Shown here: positions 20,642-30,147 of the stretch, one piece after another
Numbering within the stretch: position 1 is the first letter of the stretch
How the letters are laid out: every line of letters starts with the position of its first letter
Sequence record: DRR378314_1034
DNA: 43,806 nt
Strand: one strand, 5' to 3'
Translations under genes and position numbers: made by a program
Notes under the pieces: generated by a model
What the model saw: only the letters and a program-made list of their open reading frames with translations
What the model was told of the DNA's origin: nothing
Database searches by the model: none

Positions 20642-21961
20642 ATGCCAACAGTGTGTATTGATAAAGCTGAGTTTAAAGCTCGTCGCGAGAGGTTACTCGC
20701 GATGATGGAACCAAACAGTGTGGCGATTATTCCTGCTGCCAGTGAGGTCACACGAAGCCGAGATACTGACTATGCTTTTCGCCAAGATAGCGACTTTTTC
20801 TATTTAACAGGGTTTAATGAACCTGATGCTGTTTTGGTACTTAACCCTGGCAGTGAAACGCCCTGTACACTGTTTTGTTTAAACAAAGATAAGCTCGCAG
20901 AAATATGGCATGGCCGCCGTATTGGCTTTGAAAAAGCGAAAGCAGAATACTTATTCGACCAAACATGTGCACTCAGTGAGCTAACTGAACAATTATTGAA
21001 TTTGGTGAACGGCCAGCAGATTCTATTTTATGCACAAGGCACTTACCCTAGCTTCGATGACAAAGTATGGTCATTATTAGGCACACTGCGAAGTAACCGT
21101 TCATTTAAAGCACCCACAACGATCAAAGATATCAGTGCTTTGATCCATGAAATGCGTTTGTTTAAATCCCACGCTGAAATCAATATTATGCGCAGTGCAT
21201 GTGAAATTAGTGCCGCCGGTCATATTCGCGCTATGCAGTTTGCTAAACCAGGCGTTACTGAATATCAACTTGAAGCTGAGCTACATCACCATTATGCGAT
21301 GAATGGTGCGCGCCATCCAGCGTACGGTACTATTGTTGGTAGTGGCGATAATGCCAACATTTTACACTACACCGATAACAGCGATGTAATTAACGATGGT
21401 GACTTAGTGCTTATTGATTCGGGTTGTGAGCTACAAGGCTACGCCGCTGATATAACACGAACGTTCCCTGTAAGTGGTCAATTCAGTGAACCTCAGGCCC
21501 AGCTTTATAATATCGTATTAGCTGCCCAAGAAGCTGCATTTACCGAGGTTAAACCGGGTGGTTGCCTTTCAAAAGCAAATAAATGCGCAATGACCGTACT
21601 TACTCAAGGCTTAATTGATTTAGGTATTCTGCAAGGTGAGTTACAAGAGCTTTTGGCAAGCCAAGCGTGCAAGGCATTTTATATGCATGGTCTTGGTCAT
21701 TGGCTTGGTTTAGATGTTCACGATGTGGGTGACTATAAGCAAGATGAAAAAGAGCGCTCATTTGAGCCAGGCATGGTTCTGACTATTGAACCTGGGCTTT
21801 ATATTAGCCTTGATGCTAAAGCACCAGAGCAATTTAAAGGCATTGGTATTCGTATTGAAGATAACCTGTTAGTTACAGAGCATGGCTATGAAAACTTAAC
21901 TGTTAATGTACCTAAGACTATCAGTGAAATTGAAGCGCTTATGAGCTCAAAGGCTAACTAA
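20642..21961 (+). CDS. pepP: Xaa-Pro aminopeptidase P
   Basis: FRQDSDFFYLTGF, LIDSG, ADITRTFP, HGLGHWLGLDVHD, TIEPG, RIED. Confidence 0.96.
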   Translation: MPTVCIDKAEFKARRERLLAMMEPNSVAIIPAASEVTRSRDTDYAFRQDSDFFYLTGFNEPDAVLVLNPGSETPCTLFCLNKDKLAEIWHGRRIGFEKAKAEYLFDQTCALSELTEQLLNLVNGQQILFYAQGTYPSFDDKVWSLLGTLRSNRSFKAPTTIKDISALIHEMRLFKSHAEINIMRSACEISAAGHIRAMQFAKPGVTEYQLEAELHHHYAMNGARHPAYGTIVGSGDNANILHYTDNSDVINDGDLVLIDSGCELQGYAADITRTFPVSGQFSEPQAQLYNIVLAAQEAAFTEVKPGGCLSKANKCAMTVLTQGLIDLGILQGELQELLASQACKAFYMHGLGHWLGLDVHDVGDYKQDEKERSFEPGMVLTIEPGLYISLDAKAPEQFKGIGIRIEDNLLVTEHGYENLTVNVPKTISEIEALMSSKAN

Positions 21962-21977
21962 GTGCTAGGAGTAAAGC

Positions 21978-23162
21978 GTGGCAGAACAGTTTGATGTTGT
22001 AATTATCGGTGGCGGCTTAGCAGGGGCAAGTTGTGCGTTAAGCCTTGCAAGTTATGCACCCGATTTAACCATCGCGGTTATTGAAGCCAATCAACCCAGT
22101 GGTGACTATCACCCTAGTTTTGATGATCGCAGTATTGCACTTGCCCAGCAGTCGGTGCAATTTTTACAAACTGCCAATATATTTGACCCACAAGCTTCGT
22201 TTGCAGCTGCAATTAAACAAGTTAGTGTGTCAGATCGCGGCCATTTTGGAAAAACGCATATTGATTGCAATGAATTTGCACAAAATGCTTTAGGTTATGT
22301 GGTTGAGGTTAATCCATTTGGGCGCTCTTTACATAGTCAATTAATGAATACCCCAGTTAAAGTGTTTTGTCCTGATACCGTTGCAAGCTTAAATTATCAA
22401 GTAGACTCAGCACAGTTAATACTCGAGTCCGGAGCTGAGCTAAACGCAAAACTTGTGATCATTGCAGACGGTGCACAGTCACCAACACGTCAGTTAGCCA
22501 ATATAAACTTTAACACTAAAGCATATTCACAAGGTGCGATCATTGCGAACATTGAGGTGGCTGGTGGTCACCACAATCACGCGTTTGAACGCTTCACTGA
22601 GCACGGACCTATGGCATTACTGCCGATGAGTAATAACCGTTACTCGTTAGTCTGGTGTATGGAACCTGAGCAAATAAAGCAACATATGGCGCTTGATGAC
22701 GATGTATTTATTAGTGCGCTGCAAAATGATTTTGGCTATCGCGCAGGGCAATTTACTAAAGTTGGCGTGCGAGCTAGTTACCCGCTAGTTTATGGACGTG
22801 CAGATTCTCTTTTTAGCCACCGTACAGTATTAATTGGCAATGCAGGACACGCCATTCACCCAATAGCAGGGCAGGGCTTTAATTTAGGACTGCGGGATGT
22901 ACAGCTATTATGTGAACTTGCCAGTAGCGAGCATGCAATGGGGAGTTACGCATTTGTGAGTGAGTATGCCAAGCAACGCAGCCACGATATTAATACCGTC
23001 ATGACGCTTACAGACGGGTTGGTCAGGTTATTTTCAAATAAATCTCGAATTCTTGCATTTGGCCGAAGTTGTGGCTTATTCACCATGGATTTATGTTCAT
23101 CATTAAAAACACCACTAGCAAAGCAGTTAATGGGACAAGTAACACAAGGTAAACGACTATGA
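21978..23162 (+). CDS. ubiH: 2-octaprenyl-6-methoxyphenol hydroxylase
   Basis: GGGLAG, FDDRSIAL, ADG, GNAGHAIHPIAGQGFNLGLRD; position after pepP. Confidence 0.92.
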   Translation: MAEQFDVVIIGGGLAGASCALSLASYAPDLTIAVIEANQPSGDYHPSFDDRSIALAQQSVQFLQTANIFDPQASFAAAIKQVSVSDRGHFGKTHIDCNEFAQNALGYVVEVNPFGRSLHSQLMNTPVKVFCPDTVASLNYQVDSAQLILESGAELNAKLVIIADGAQSPTRQLANINFNTKAYSQGAIIANIEVAGGHHNHAFERFTEHGPMALLPMSNNRYSLVWCMEPEQIKQHMALDDDVFISALQNDFGYRAGQFTKVGVRASYPLVYGRADSLFSHRTVLIGNAGHAIHPIAGQGFNLGLRDVQLLCELASSEHAMGSYAFVSEYAKQRSHDINTVMTLTDGLVRLFSNKSRILAFGRSCGLFTMDLCSSLKTPLAKQLMGQVTQGKRL

Positions 23163-24325
23163 AGCAAGCACAAGTGTGCATAGTGGGTGGTGGTTGCGTA
23201 GGATTGACGCTGGCACTGGGTTTAGCTAAAGCGAATATTAGCGTTGTTGTTGTTGATGCAGCAGCTAAACAGGCCCTTCCAGGTGAAGACTTTGGGTTAC
23301 GCGTAAGTGCACTTAGCCTTGCAAGTCAGGCATTATTTGAATCCCTTAATGTGTGGCCAGAAATTGTTGCTCAACGCGCGCGAGCGTATACACACATGGA
23401 TGTTCGCGACCAAGATAGCTTTGGTAAAATCGCATTTAATAGCGACGAGCTTGATTTACCTCAACTAGGCCATATCGTTGAAAATGACATTATCCGTTAT
23501 GCTTTAATTAATGAGTTAGAACAGCAAAGCCAAGCAACATTATTATTTGATACGCGGTACCAGCAAATCCACCAAAGTGATAACGATGTATTTGTTACTC
23601 TTGAATCAGGTGAACCCATAATCGCTAAGCTTTTAGTGGCAGCTGATGGCGCAAATTCAGCCATTCGTAAACAGTTTAATTTACCAATCACGTTTAAAGA
23701 CTATGATCATAATGCGCTTGTTGCCACGGTGAAAACGGCACAGCCACATAACAATACCGCGCGCCAAGTGTTTTTACCTACTGGGCCATTGGCCTTTTTA
23801 CCTTTACCAGAGGCCAACACTCACTCTATTGTATGGTCAACCAGCCCCGCACATTGCGACACATTGTTAACTTTATCTGATAATGACTTTAATAAAGCAG
23901 TGATGGCTGCGCTCGATGGACAATGTGGTTTATGTGAAGTGCAAAGCCAGCGAGTCGCATTTCCACTTAAAATGCGTTACGTACAGCAGTGGGTTACAGG
24001 CAAAGTGGTATTGATTGGTGATGCTGCCCACACCATACACCCATTAGCAGGCCTTGGCATGAACTTAGGCCTTAAAGATGCTGCTTATTTAATTGAGTTG
24101 TTAAGCAATGAGTCTAATGGGTTTGCCGATGAGCGCACATTGCGTGATTATGAGCGCACCCGTAAGCTTGATGCACAAAAGCACATTGCCATGATGCAAG
24201 GTTTAAAAGAACTGTTTGAAGGGACGCACCCGTTGAAAAAATTAGTTCGAGGGCTCGGGTTAAGTATGGTTGATAATTTAGGACCAATAAAACATCTTTT
24301 CGCGAAACAAGCGATCGGGAAATAG
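23159..24325 (+). CDS. ubiI: 2-octaprenylphenol hydroxylase (UbiI/VisC)
   Basis: GGGCVG, LRVSAL, GDAAHTIHPLAGLGMNLG; ATGA overlap with ubiH. Confidence 0.88.
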   Translation: MKQAQVCIVGGGCVGLTLALGLAKANISVVVVDAAAKQALPGEDFGLRVSALSLASQALFESLNVWPEIVAQRARAYTHMDVRDQDSFGKIAFNSDELDLPQLGHIVENDIIRYALINELEQQSQATLLFDTRYQQIHQSDNDVFVTLESGEPIIAKLLVAADGANSAIRKQFNLPITFKDYDHNALVATVKTAQPHNNTARQVFLPTGPLAFLPLPEANTHSIVWSTSPAHCDTLLTLSDNDFNKAVMAALDGQCGLCEVQSQRVAFPLKMRYVQQWVTGKVVLIGDAAHTIHPLAGLGMNLGLKDAAYLIELLSNESNGFADERTLRDYERTRKLDAQKHIAMMQGLKELFEGTHPLKKLVRGLGLSMVDNLGPIKHLFAKQAIGK

Positions 24326-24355
24326 CTAGTCGCTCTATAATATACTGATTTATAT

Positions 24356-24382
24356 AACTAAACCCTTTAAGGGTTTAGTTTT
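24356..24382 (+). terminator. Terminator after ubiI
   Basis: AACTAAACCCT-tta-AGGGTTTAGTT followed by TT. Confidence 0.7.
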
Positions 24383-24661
24383 ACATCAGACTGGTAAATT
24401 CGTAGGTCAATAAGAGGCAGGGCACAATCTTCACGACTTGTACTCACCCCTTATCGAGATCTGTAGAATTATCATAATTGAACAACTCTTTAAAATACAC
24501 TTTCGTGAACTGTCTGCTTAATACCTGTGCTTTGTAATTGTATATATGTGTGGAATAACTATAAGCAATAGACTCTGCATGCTTAACAGCTACGGGTCTA
24601 ACCTCAAAAGATGAACGAATACTGAGATAAAGTTAACAGGGTAAATAAAGTTCACTGGTGG

Positions 24662-25531
24662 TCATACTAACGATTTTTTTCTTAGTCGTTTTCTGTACTC
24701 ACTCGGTGTTGCGTCTTTTAGCATTAAAAAACGCCGATTAAAGTTTGAAATGTTTTTAAACCCACATTGATCGCTAATTGCAGTGATTGACCGGTTAGTA
24801 TTGATTAATTCTTTACATGCATGGCCAATTCTTAATTGGTTAATAAACTCGGTTAATGTGCGTTCCATTCGCTTTTTAAAAAAGCGATGAAAGTGGTTGG
24901 TGCTCATATGCGCCATGATAGCCAACTGCTCGGCGCTTAATGCGTCAGTATAATGTTGGTAAATATAATCTATTACTTTATCAAATTTATCATGGGCTTG
25001 ATGGGTAATTGTTGACACACTAAATGTTGAACTCGATAACATTCTTGTTGTGCGTTCTTTGCTCATTTCTCTTAATAATGCAAGTAACCCTAAATATTGT
25101 TCAAAAGGTTCACTGGCCTCTATTTTTTCAAAATATTGCTTGGCAATAACCGCTGTTTGCCTTGAGAATTTTACTCCTCTTTGCGAGGCAATCAATAGTG
25201 CTTCTAAAACAGCTAATTCAGGGTGGTTAGTAACATGTTGGCTAAGCCACTTTTTTGGTATTTGTGCCACATGTACAATTTGAACACTGTTATCTGAGTT
25301 GGGGGATGATTGCCAAGTATGCGGTAAATCAGGACCTAAAATGACTAGGTCAAGGTCACCATAAGGCGCAATATAATCACCGATATGGCAAACGCCTTGG
25401 CTATTAAGAGTTAAACATATTTCAAACTCAGGATGGTAGTGCCAATTAAAAGGGATGTAATCTAAAGTATACTTACAATATCGCCATGATGAGTTGTTGT
25501 TTGGAATGACCTTTTCACACATTGCCCGCAT
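24662..25531 (-). CDS. AraC-family transcriptional regulator with cupin sensor domain
   Basis: FNWHYHPEFE cupin; C-terminal HTHs (MSTNHFHRFFK, CGFKNISNFNRRF, TPSEYR). Confidence 0.93.
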   Translation of the reverse strand: MRAMCEKVIPNNNSSWRYCKYTLDYIPFNWHYHPEFEICLTLNSQGVCHIGDYIAPYGDLDLVILGPDLPHTWQSSPNSDNSVQIVHVAQIPKKWLSQHVTNHPELAVLEALLIASQRGVKFSRQTAVIAKQYFEKIEASEPFEQYLGLLALLREMSKERTTRMLSSSTFSVSTITHQAHDKFDKVIDYIYQHYTDALSAEQLAIMAHMSTNHFHRFFKKRMERTLTEFINQLRIGHACKELINTNRSITAISDQCGFKNISNFNRRFLMLKDATPSEYRKRLRKKSLV

Positions 25532-25590
25532 AACTTACTTCCTTGGGTTATTACTTAGCCTCTATTTGAACAACTTATACTATTAGAAGT

Positions 25591-25720
25591 GATACTAAAC
25601 TATTCACATTTAGTATTAACCTATCATTATGCCTTTTGGTTTATAGCTTTTTAGTGTGATTTTTCAACATCCCTGCAAATTATCCGATAGAAAAGTATCA
25701 TAATTGATGAGAATTGTACC
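25591..25720. promoter_or_regulatory. Two divergent pairs of candidate AraC-type operator sites, consensus ATAG-N3-AGTATC
   Basis: Minus-oriented sites at 25591 and 25612, plus-oriented sites at 25686 and 25707; each pair is 21 bp apart. Confidence 0.6.
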
Positions 25721-25784
25721 TTTTAGTGCGTAATTTGCGCGGTAATCTAAGTGCGCTATTAAAACAATAAATAGGGGACTAGGA

Positions 25785-28421
25785 ATGAAAAGTATAAACA
25801 ACAATGCACCACTCAAATTGTCAACATTGGCGATATGTATCTCAGCACTATATGTGAGTCCAATGGCACTCGCCGCGGGTCAAAGTCAAGTCGACACTGA
25901 TATAGAAACCATTGAAGTACGGGGTATTCGTCGCTCACTTGAGGCATCTATGAATACTAAACGCTTTGCTGATGGCGTTGTCGATGCTATTACCGCAGAA
26001 GACATTGGTAAGTTTCCAGATAAAAATATTGGTGATGCACTGCAGCGGATCTCAGGGGTAACAGTTGACCGCCAATACGGCGAAGTCAATGGTGTGACTA
26101 TTCGTGGTACAGCACCAGAGCAATCAAGGGTGTTACTAAATGGGCAAACGGTTGCCAGTACATCATGGTACGACTTAGGCCCTGCAACTCGAACATTTAA
26201 TATGGAGTTGTTATCTGCTGAGCAAGTCTCGGGTGTCGAAGTATATAAAACGCCTGAGGCAAATATTGAAGAAGGCGCACTTGGTGGCACGGTTAATTTA
26301 ACTACACGTAAGCCACTGGACCTCGATGCCAATACTTTTATGGTATCAGCAGAGCTGGCACAAAGCTCGCTCTATGACGAAACCGATCCAGGTGCATCTT
26401 TTCTTGCTAGTTGGAAAGATGAAAACGAAAAGTTTGGTATTTTAGCTGCTTACTCGTATGAACAATTAACATCTGGACGTCATGTACTTGAGTCGATAGG
26501 TGGCTACTATGAATATTTTGCGGAAGATCAAGCTACAGGACAAGAGTCGACAGTAGGCGCATGGAGTATCGGCTCACAAGCATTTAAATCGGAGCGTGAA
26601 CGTACCAGTGCACAGTTAACCGCACAGTTTGCTCCTACAGATAACACCGAGTTCGTACTTGATTACTTTCGTTTCGAATTTGATAACCCCCATGTAAACC
26701 ATAACTTTCTAACCGTTGGCGCTCGCGGTGCAGGCTCAACCAATGTAACTAATAATGCTTTAGGTGGTACAGAGCAAGCTACAATCACGCCTGCTTATGC
26801 CTCGATTATTTACAACCCTGTGGTACGTAATGCAGTAAATATGAAAGCTGATGTACTCAACTTATCGGGTAAATACCAGGGTGATGGTTTTGAATTAAGT
26901 GGTGTGGTTGGTAAGTCAACCTCTGATGGTGGTACGCAATTTGGTGCATCTTCATGGTGGATCCCTGCTTCTGATGACGGTGGTAAAATCGGCGACCCGG
27001 CATTTCCTAACGGCCAAAGCAGTACCGATGGCGGTTTTACTTACGATGCTACAGGCCCTTACCAAGTGTGGTTAACATCACTTGATGCTACCGATGCAAC
27101 ACAGTTTAAACATGCTCAAGAAGCGAATTTTGATACCACAGTGCAAGAGCATAATGTGAGCTATGCACAAGTAGATTTAAAGTTTGACCTTGACGGTGAT
27201 ATTTTTACTGCGATTGAAACAGGCGTTAAATTTAATAGTAGTGAGTTCTCTCGTGTTGCTTTTAATCGTAACCCGGATGAAATTCTTGGTTTTGTGCCAG
27301 ATGGTAATTTATCAAACTGGAGTGATGGCGTGCTAAGCGGCCTGCATTCGCAAAGCTCTGGTCATACGCTTGATGCATATGCCTCACTTGATACAGATAA
27401 ATGGTGGGATTTTATCAGTGGTAAATATGCTGCGGGCGAACTAACCGAAGTGGCAAACTTAGGTAATACATTTTCGGTAGATGAAGATATTATTGCCATT
27501 TACGCTAAAGCTGACTTTAGTGGTGAAAACTACCGCGGTAATGTTGGCCTGCGCTATGTAGAAACCGAGCAAACCTCGAGTGGTTATGCCGACGGTGCAG
27601 TTTATAACGAGACTGTTGATTACAATAATTTATTGCCAAGCATTAACTTTGCGTATGATTTATCGGATGACATAATTTTACGTGCCGCAGCATCACAAGT
27701 GATGTCGCGTGCAAATTACAGTGATTTAAAACCAGGTTTAGCAATTAACGCAAATTTTGGTAGTGCTACAGGGGGGAATCCGGATCTTAAGCCATACGAA
27801 GCGAATCAGGCTGACCTTGGCATTGAGTACTATTTCACAAGCGCATCTATGGCATCAGCAGCTATTTTCACGAAACAAATTGACAACGTTGTCTTTTCGA
27901 CTGAAGCGGTTGAATTTGTTGATGGCTGTGGGGCAAGTCCGGATTTGTATGAACAATGCCGTGTTACGCGTCCGCGCAGTAATGGCGAAGGGTCGGTAAA
28001 TGGTCTTGAGTTGCAACTACAACATACCTTTGATAATGGCTTTGGCGTGGTCACAAACTACACTTATGTAGACAGTGAAACAACAACACCAGATGGCGCA
28101 AAAGAAATGGTGCCAGGTGTTTCTGAAAACAGTTTTAATGCTTCACTGTTCTTCGAGAACGATATTTTCAGTACTCGATTAGCTTATAACTGGCGTAGTG
28201 AATGGATTGGTGTGGGAGCAGCGCAAGCAGTTAAAAACGATGATTATCAGCAAATAGATGCCTCAATTATTTGGCATGCGATGGAAAATCTAGATGTTAG
28301 CCTCGAAGGCGTCAACTTAACTAACGAAGTCGTGCAATCGTATGATACTAACTTTGCCCTGACGCAAAATACCATTGAGTTTGGCTCACGTTATTACCTT
28401 GGCGTTAGCTATAAATTTTAA
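25785..28421 (+). CDS. TonB-dependent receptor (carbohydrate-utilisation type)
   Basis: Signal peptide, TonB box IETIEV, plug VVDAITAEDIGKFPDKNIGDALQRISGV, C-terminal YYLGVSYKF. Confidence 0.95.
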   Translation: MKSINNNAPLKLSTLAICISALYVSPMALAAGQSQVDTDIETIEVRGIRRSLEASMNTKRFADGVVDAITAEDIGKFPDKNIGDALQRISGVTVDRQYGEVNGVTIRGTAPEQSRVLLNGQTVASTSWYDLGPATRTFNMELLSAEQVSGVEVYKTPEANIEEGALGGTVNLTTRKPLDLDANTFMVSAELAQSSLYDETDPGASFLASWKDENEKFGILAAYSYEQLTSGRHVLESIGGYYEYFAEDQATGQESTVGAWSIGSQAFKSERERTSAQLTAQFAPTDNTEFVLDYFRFEFDNPHVNHNFLTVGARGAGSTNVTNNALGGTEQATITPAYASIIYNPVVRNAVNMKADVLNLSGKYQGDGFELSGVVGKSTSDGGTQFGASSWWIPASDDGGKIGDPAFPNGQSSTDGGFTYDATGPYQVWLTSLDATDATQFKHAQEANFDTTVQEHNVSYAQVDLKFDLDGDIFTAIETGVKFNSSEFSRVAFNRNPDEILGFVPDGNLSNWSDGVLSGLHSQSSGHTLDAYASLDTDKWWDFISGKYAAGELTEVANLGNTFSVDEDIIAIYAKADFSGENYRGNVGLRYVETEQTSSGYADGAVYNETVDYNNLLPSINFAYDLSDDIILRAAASQVMSRANYSDLKPGLAINANFGSATGGNPDLKPYEANQADLGIEYYFTSASMASAAIFTKQIDNVVFSTEAVEFVDGCGASPDLYEQCRVTRPRSNGEGSVNGLELQLQHTFDNGFGVVTNYTYVDSETTTPDGAKEMVPGVSENSFNASLFFENDIFSTRLAYNWRSEWIGVGAAQAVKNDDYQQIDASIIWHAMENLDVSLEGVNLTNEVVQSYDTNFALTQNTIEFGSRYYLGVSYKF

Positions 28422-28428
28422 TGGAGAT

Positions 28429-28453
28429 AGGCCGCCAAATGGCGGCCTTTTTT
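28429..28453 (+). terminator. Terminator-like hairpin between the receptor and halogenase genes
   Basis: AGGCCGCC-aaat-GGCGGCCT-TTTTT, ending 4 nt before the next ATG. Confidence 0.75.
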
Positions 28454-28457
28454 AGTT

Positions 28458-29972
28458 ATGGCTAATATAAATAAAGTAGTAATTTTAGGCGGTGGTAGTG
28501 CGGGTTGGATGTGCGCAGCCTATCTATCTAAACATCACCCTGAATTGGCAATTAGTTTAATCGAATCAAGCAAAATTGGCAGTATCGGTGTGGGCGAAGG
28601 CTCAACGCCACATTTAAAAGTTTTTATGGGTTCACTTGGCATTAGTGAGCAGCAATGGATGCCCTTATGTGATGCAAGTTACAAAGCGGGAATTTATTTT
28701 AATAATTGGAATGGTGATAAGCGCGGATACTTTCACCCATTTTATAGCGAAATGGACGAAAAAACGGCTGAGGTGTATTTTGTTAATGCCAACGCCCGAA
28801 GGCGCGGTAATGGTGATTGGCAAGCCCCTGATGAGTATTTTTTAACTGGCCATATAGCAAAACGCAATCTAAGCCCTAAAGTACATACAGCGATGCTTAA
28901 AGAGCAAACTTATGGATATCATTTTGATGCCTTAAAGTTAGCGGGTGTGTTGAAAGTCTATGCACAAAAAAAAGCTGTTAAACACATTGATGGTGAGTTT
29001 AGCCAAGCACAGTTAGATACAAGTGGCAGTATTAGTGAGATAGCGCTTATTGATGGTCGACGCGTTAGCGGCGATTTCTTTATAGATGCCAGCGGCTTTA
29101 ATGCATTATTAATTGAACAAACCTTAAAAACCCCATTTCACTCATTTTCGAGTGAACTACTTAACGACAGTGCAGTCGCTGTAGCAACACCAATCTGTAC
29201 AGGTGGAGTGCTTCCATGTGCAACTCAATCAACCGCTCTAAGTGCCGGATGGTATTGGCAAATACCATTAACAAGTCGTACTGGTAACGGCTATGTGTAT
29301 AGTGCAAAGCACATCAGCCCAGAGCAGGCCCAACTTGAACTTGCCGAGCAGTTAAAGATAAATCCACAAACAAGCTCATTTAAACATTTAACGATGAAAG
29401 TGGGTTGTATGCAGTCTGCATGGCAAAAAAATGTCATGGCAATAGGATTGGCACAGAGCTTTATAGAACCATTGGAGGCTACATCTTTAATGGTTACTCA
29501 GCATAGCATAAAGTTATTTAGCCAAGCTTTAATAAAGCTACAAAACAACGAACAGTCATTAAAAGTAGCCCAAGATGTTAATCAACAACTTCATGAATTG
29601 GTGTATGGCATTAAAGATTATGTGGTTGCGCACTATGCAACTAGCTTACGTACAGATACTGAATATTGGCTTAGCGCAAAGCAATTACCTTACAGCTCCC
29701 ACCCTTTAAAACCTTTATTGCAGGCGTGGCTCAATGGCGATGATTTTGATGCGTACTTGTCAAAGTATTCTCAACAACAGGTTTATTTTAGGCCCAGTTG
29801 GTATTGCTTGCTCGGTGGTATGGACTACAAAAGCTCGCAGTGCCAGCAGGTATTTGAGCCCGCCTCTGAGGCAATTTGTTACGGCGCAAGAATGTATTTA
29901 AATGAACTATGTAATAAGCATTGTGAGCCACATGCTGAGCAACTTCGTGCGATGAAAGCTGCCATGAAGTGA
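28458..29972 (+). CDS. Tryptophan-halogenase family flavin-dependent halogenase
   Basis: GGGSAG, IGVGEGS, catalytic-position Lys in ASYKAGI, WYWQIP (WxWxIP), FIEPLEAT. Confidence 0.92.
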   Translation: MANINKVVILGGGSAGWMCAAYLSKHHPELAISLIESSKIGSIGVGEGSTPHLKVFMGSLGISEQQWMPLCDASYKAGIYFNNWNGDKRGYFHPFYSEMDEKTAEVYFVNANARRRGNGDWQAPDEYFLTGHIAKRNLSPKVHTAMLKEQTYGYHFDALKLAGVLKVYAQKKAVKHIDGEFSQAQLDTSGSISEIALIDGRRVSGDFFIDASGFNALLIEQTLKTPFHSFSSELLNDSAVAVATPICTGGVLPCATQSTALSAGWYWQIPLTSRTGNGYVYSAKHISPEQAQLELAEQLKINPQTSSFKHLTMKVGCMQSAWQKNVMAIGLAQSFIEPLEATSLMVTQHSIKLFSQALIKLQNNEQSLKVAQDVNQQLHELVYGIKDYVVAHYATSLRTDTEYWLSAKQLPYSSHPLKPLLQAWLNGDDFDAYLSKYSQQQVYFRPSWYCLLGGMDYKSSQCQQVFEPASEAICYGARMYLNELCNKHCEPHAEQLRAMKAAMK

Positions 29973-30042
29973 GTTGAAAAGTATCAGCAAGGCATAGAAG
30001 AGTGCCGCATATCTCATTTTATAGTGGCAGACTTAGCTAATT

Positions 30043-30114
30043 AAGAGTGGTGATTAATAATCCCTTGAATCATTTTGTTTGTATGCCCACGAACAGATGG
30101 TAATCACCACTCTT
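30043..30114. repeat. Perfect 14-bp inverted repeat enclosing an inner hairpin
   Basis: AAGAGTGGTGATTA (30043-30056) pairs with TAATCACCACTCTT (30101-30114). Confidence 0.8.
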
Positions 30115-30147
30115 CTTATTTTTAGAACAAGACTTTCAGGTAGAACA

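Noticed and set aside
24444-24632. 62-codon stop-free frame on the minus strand between the araC-like gene and ubiI
   Set aside because: No usable start or SD near its 5' end and no recognisable similarity; cannot be supported as a gene or pseudogene without a search.
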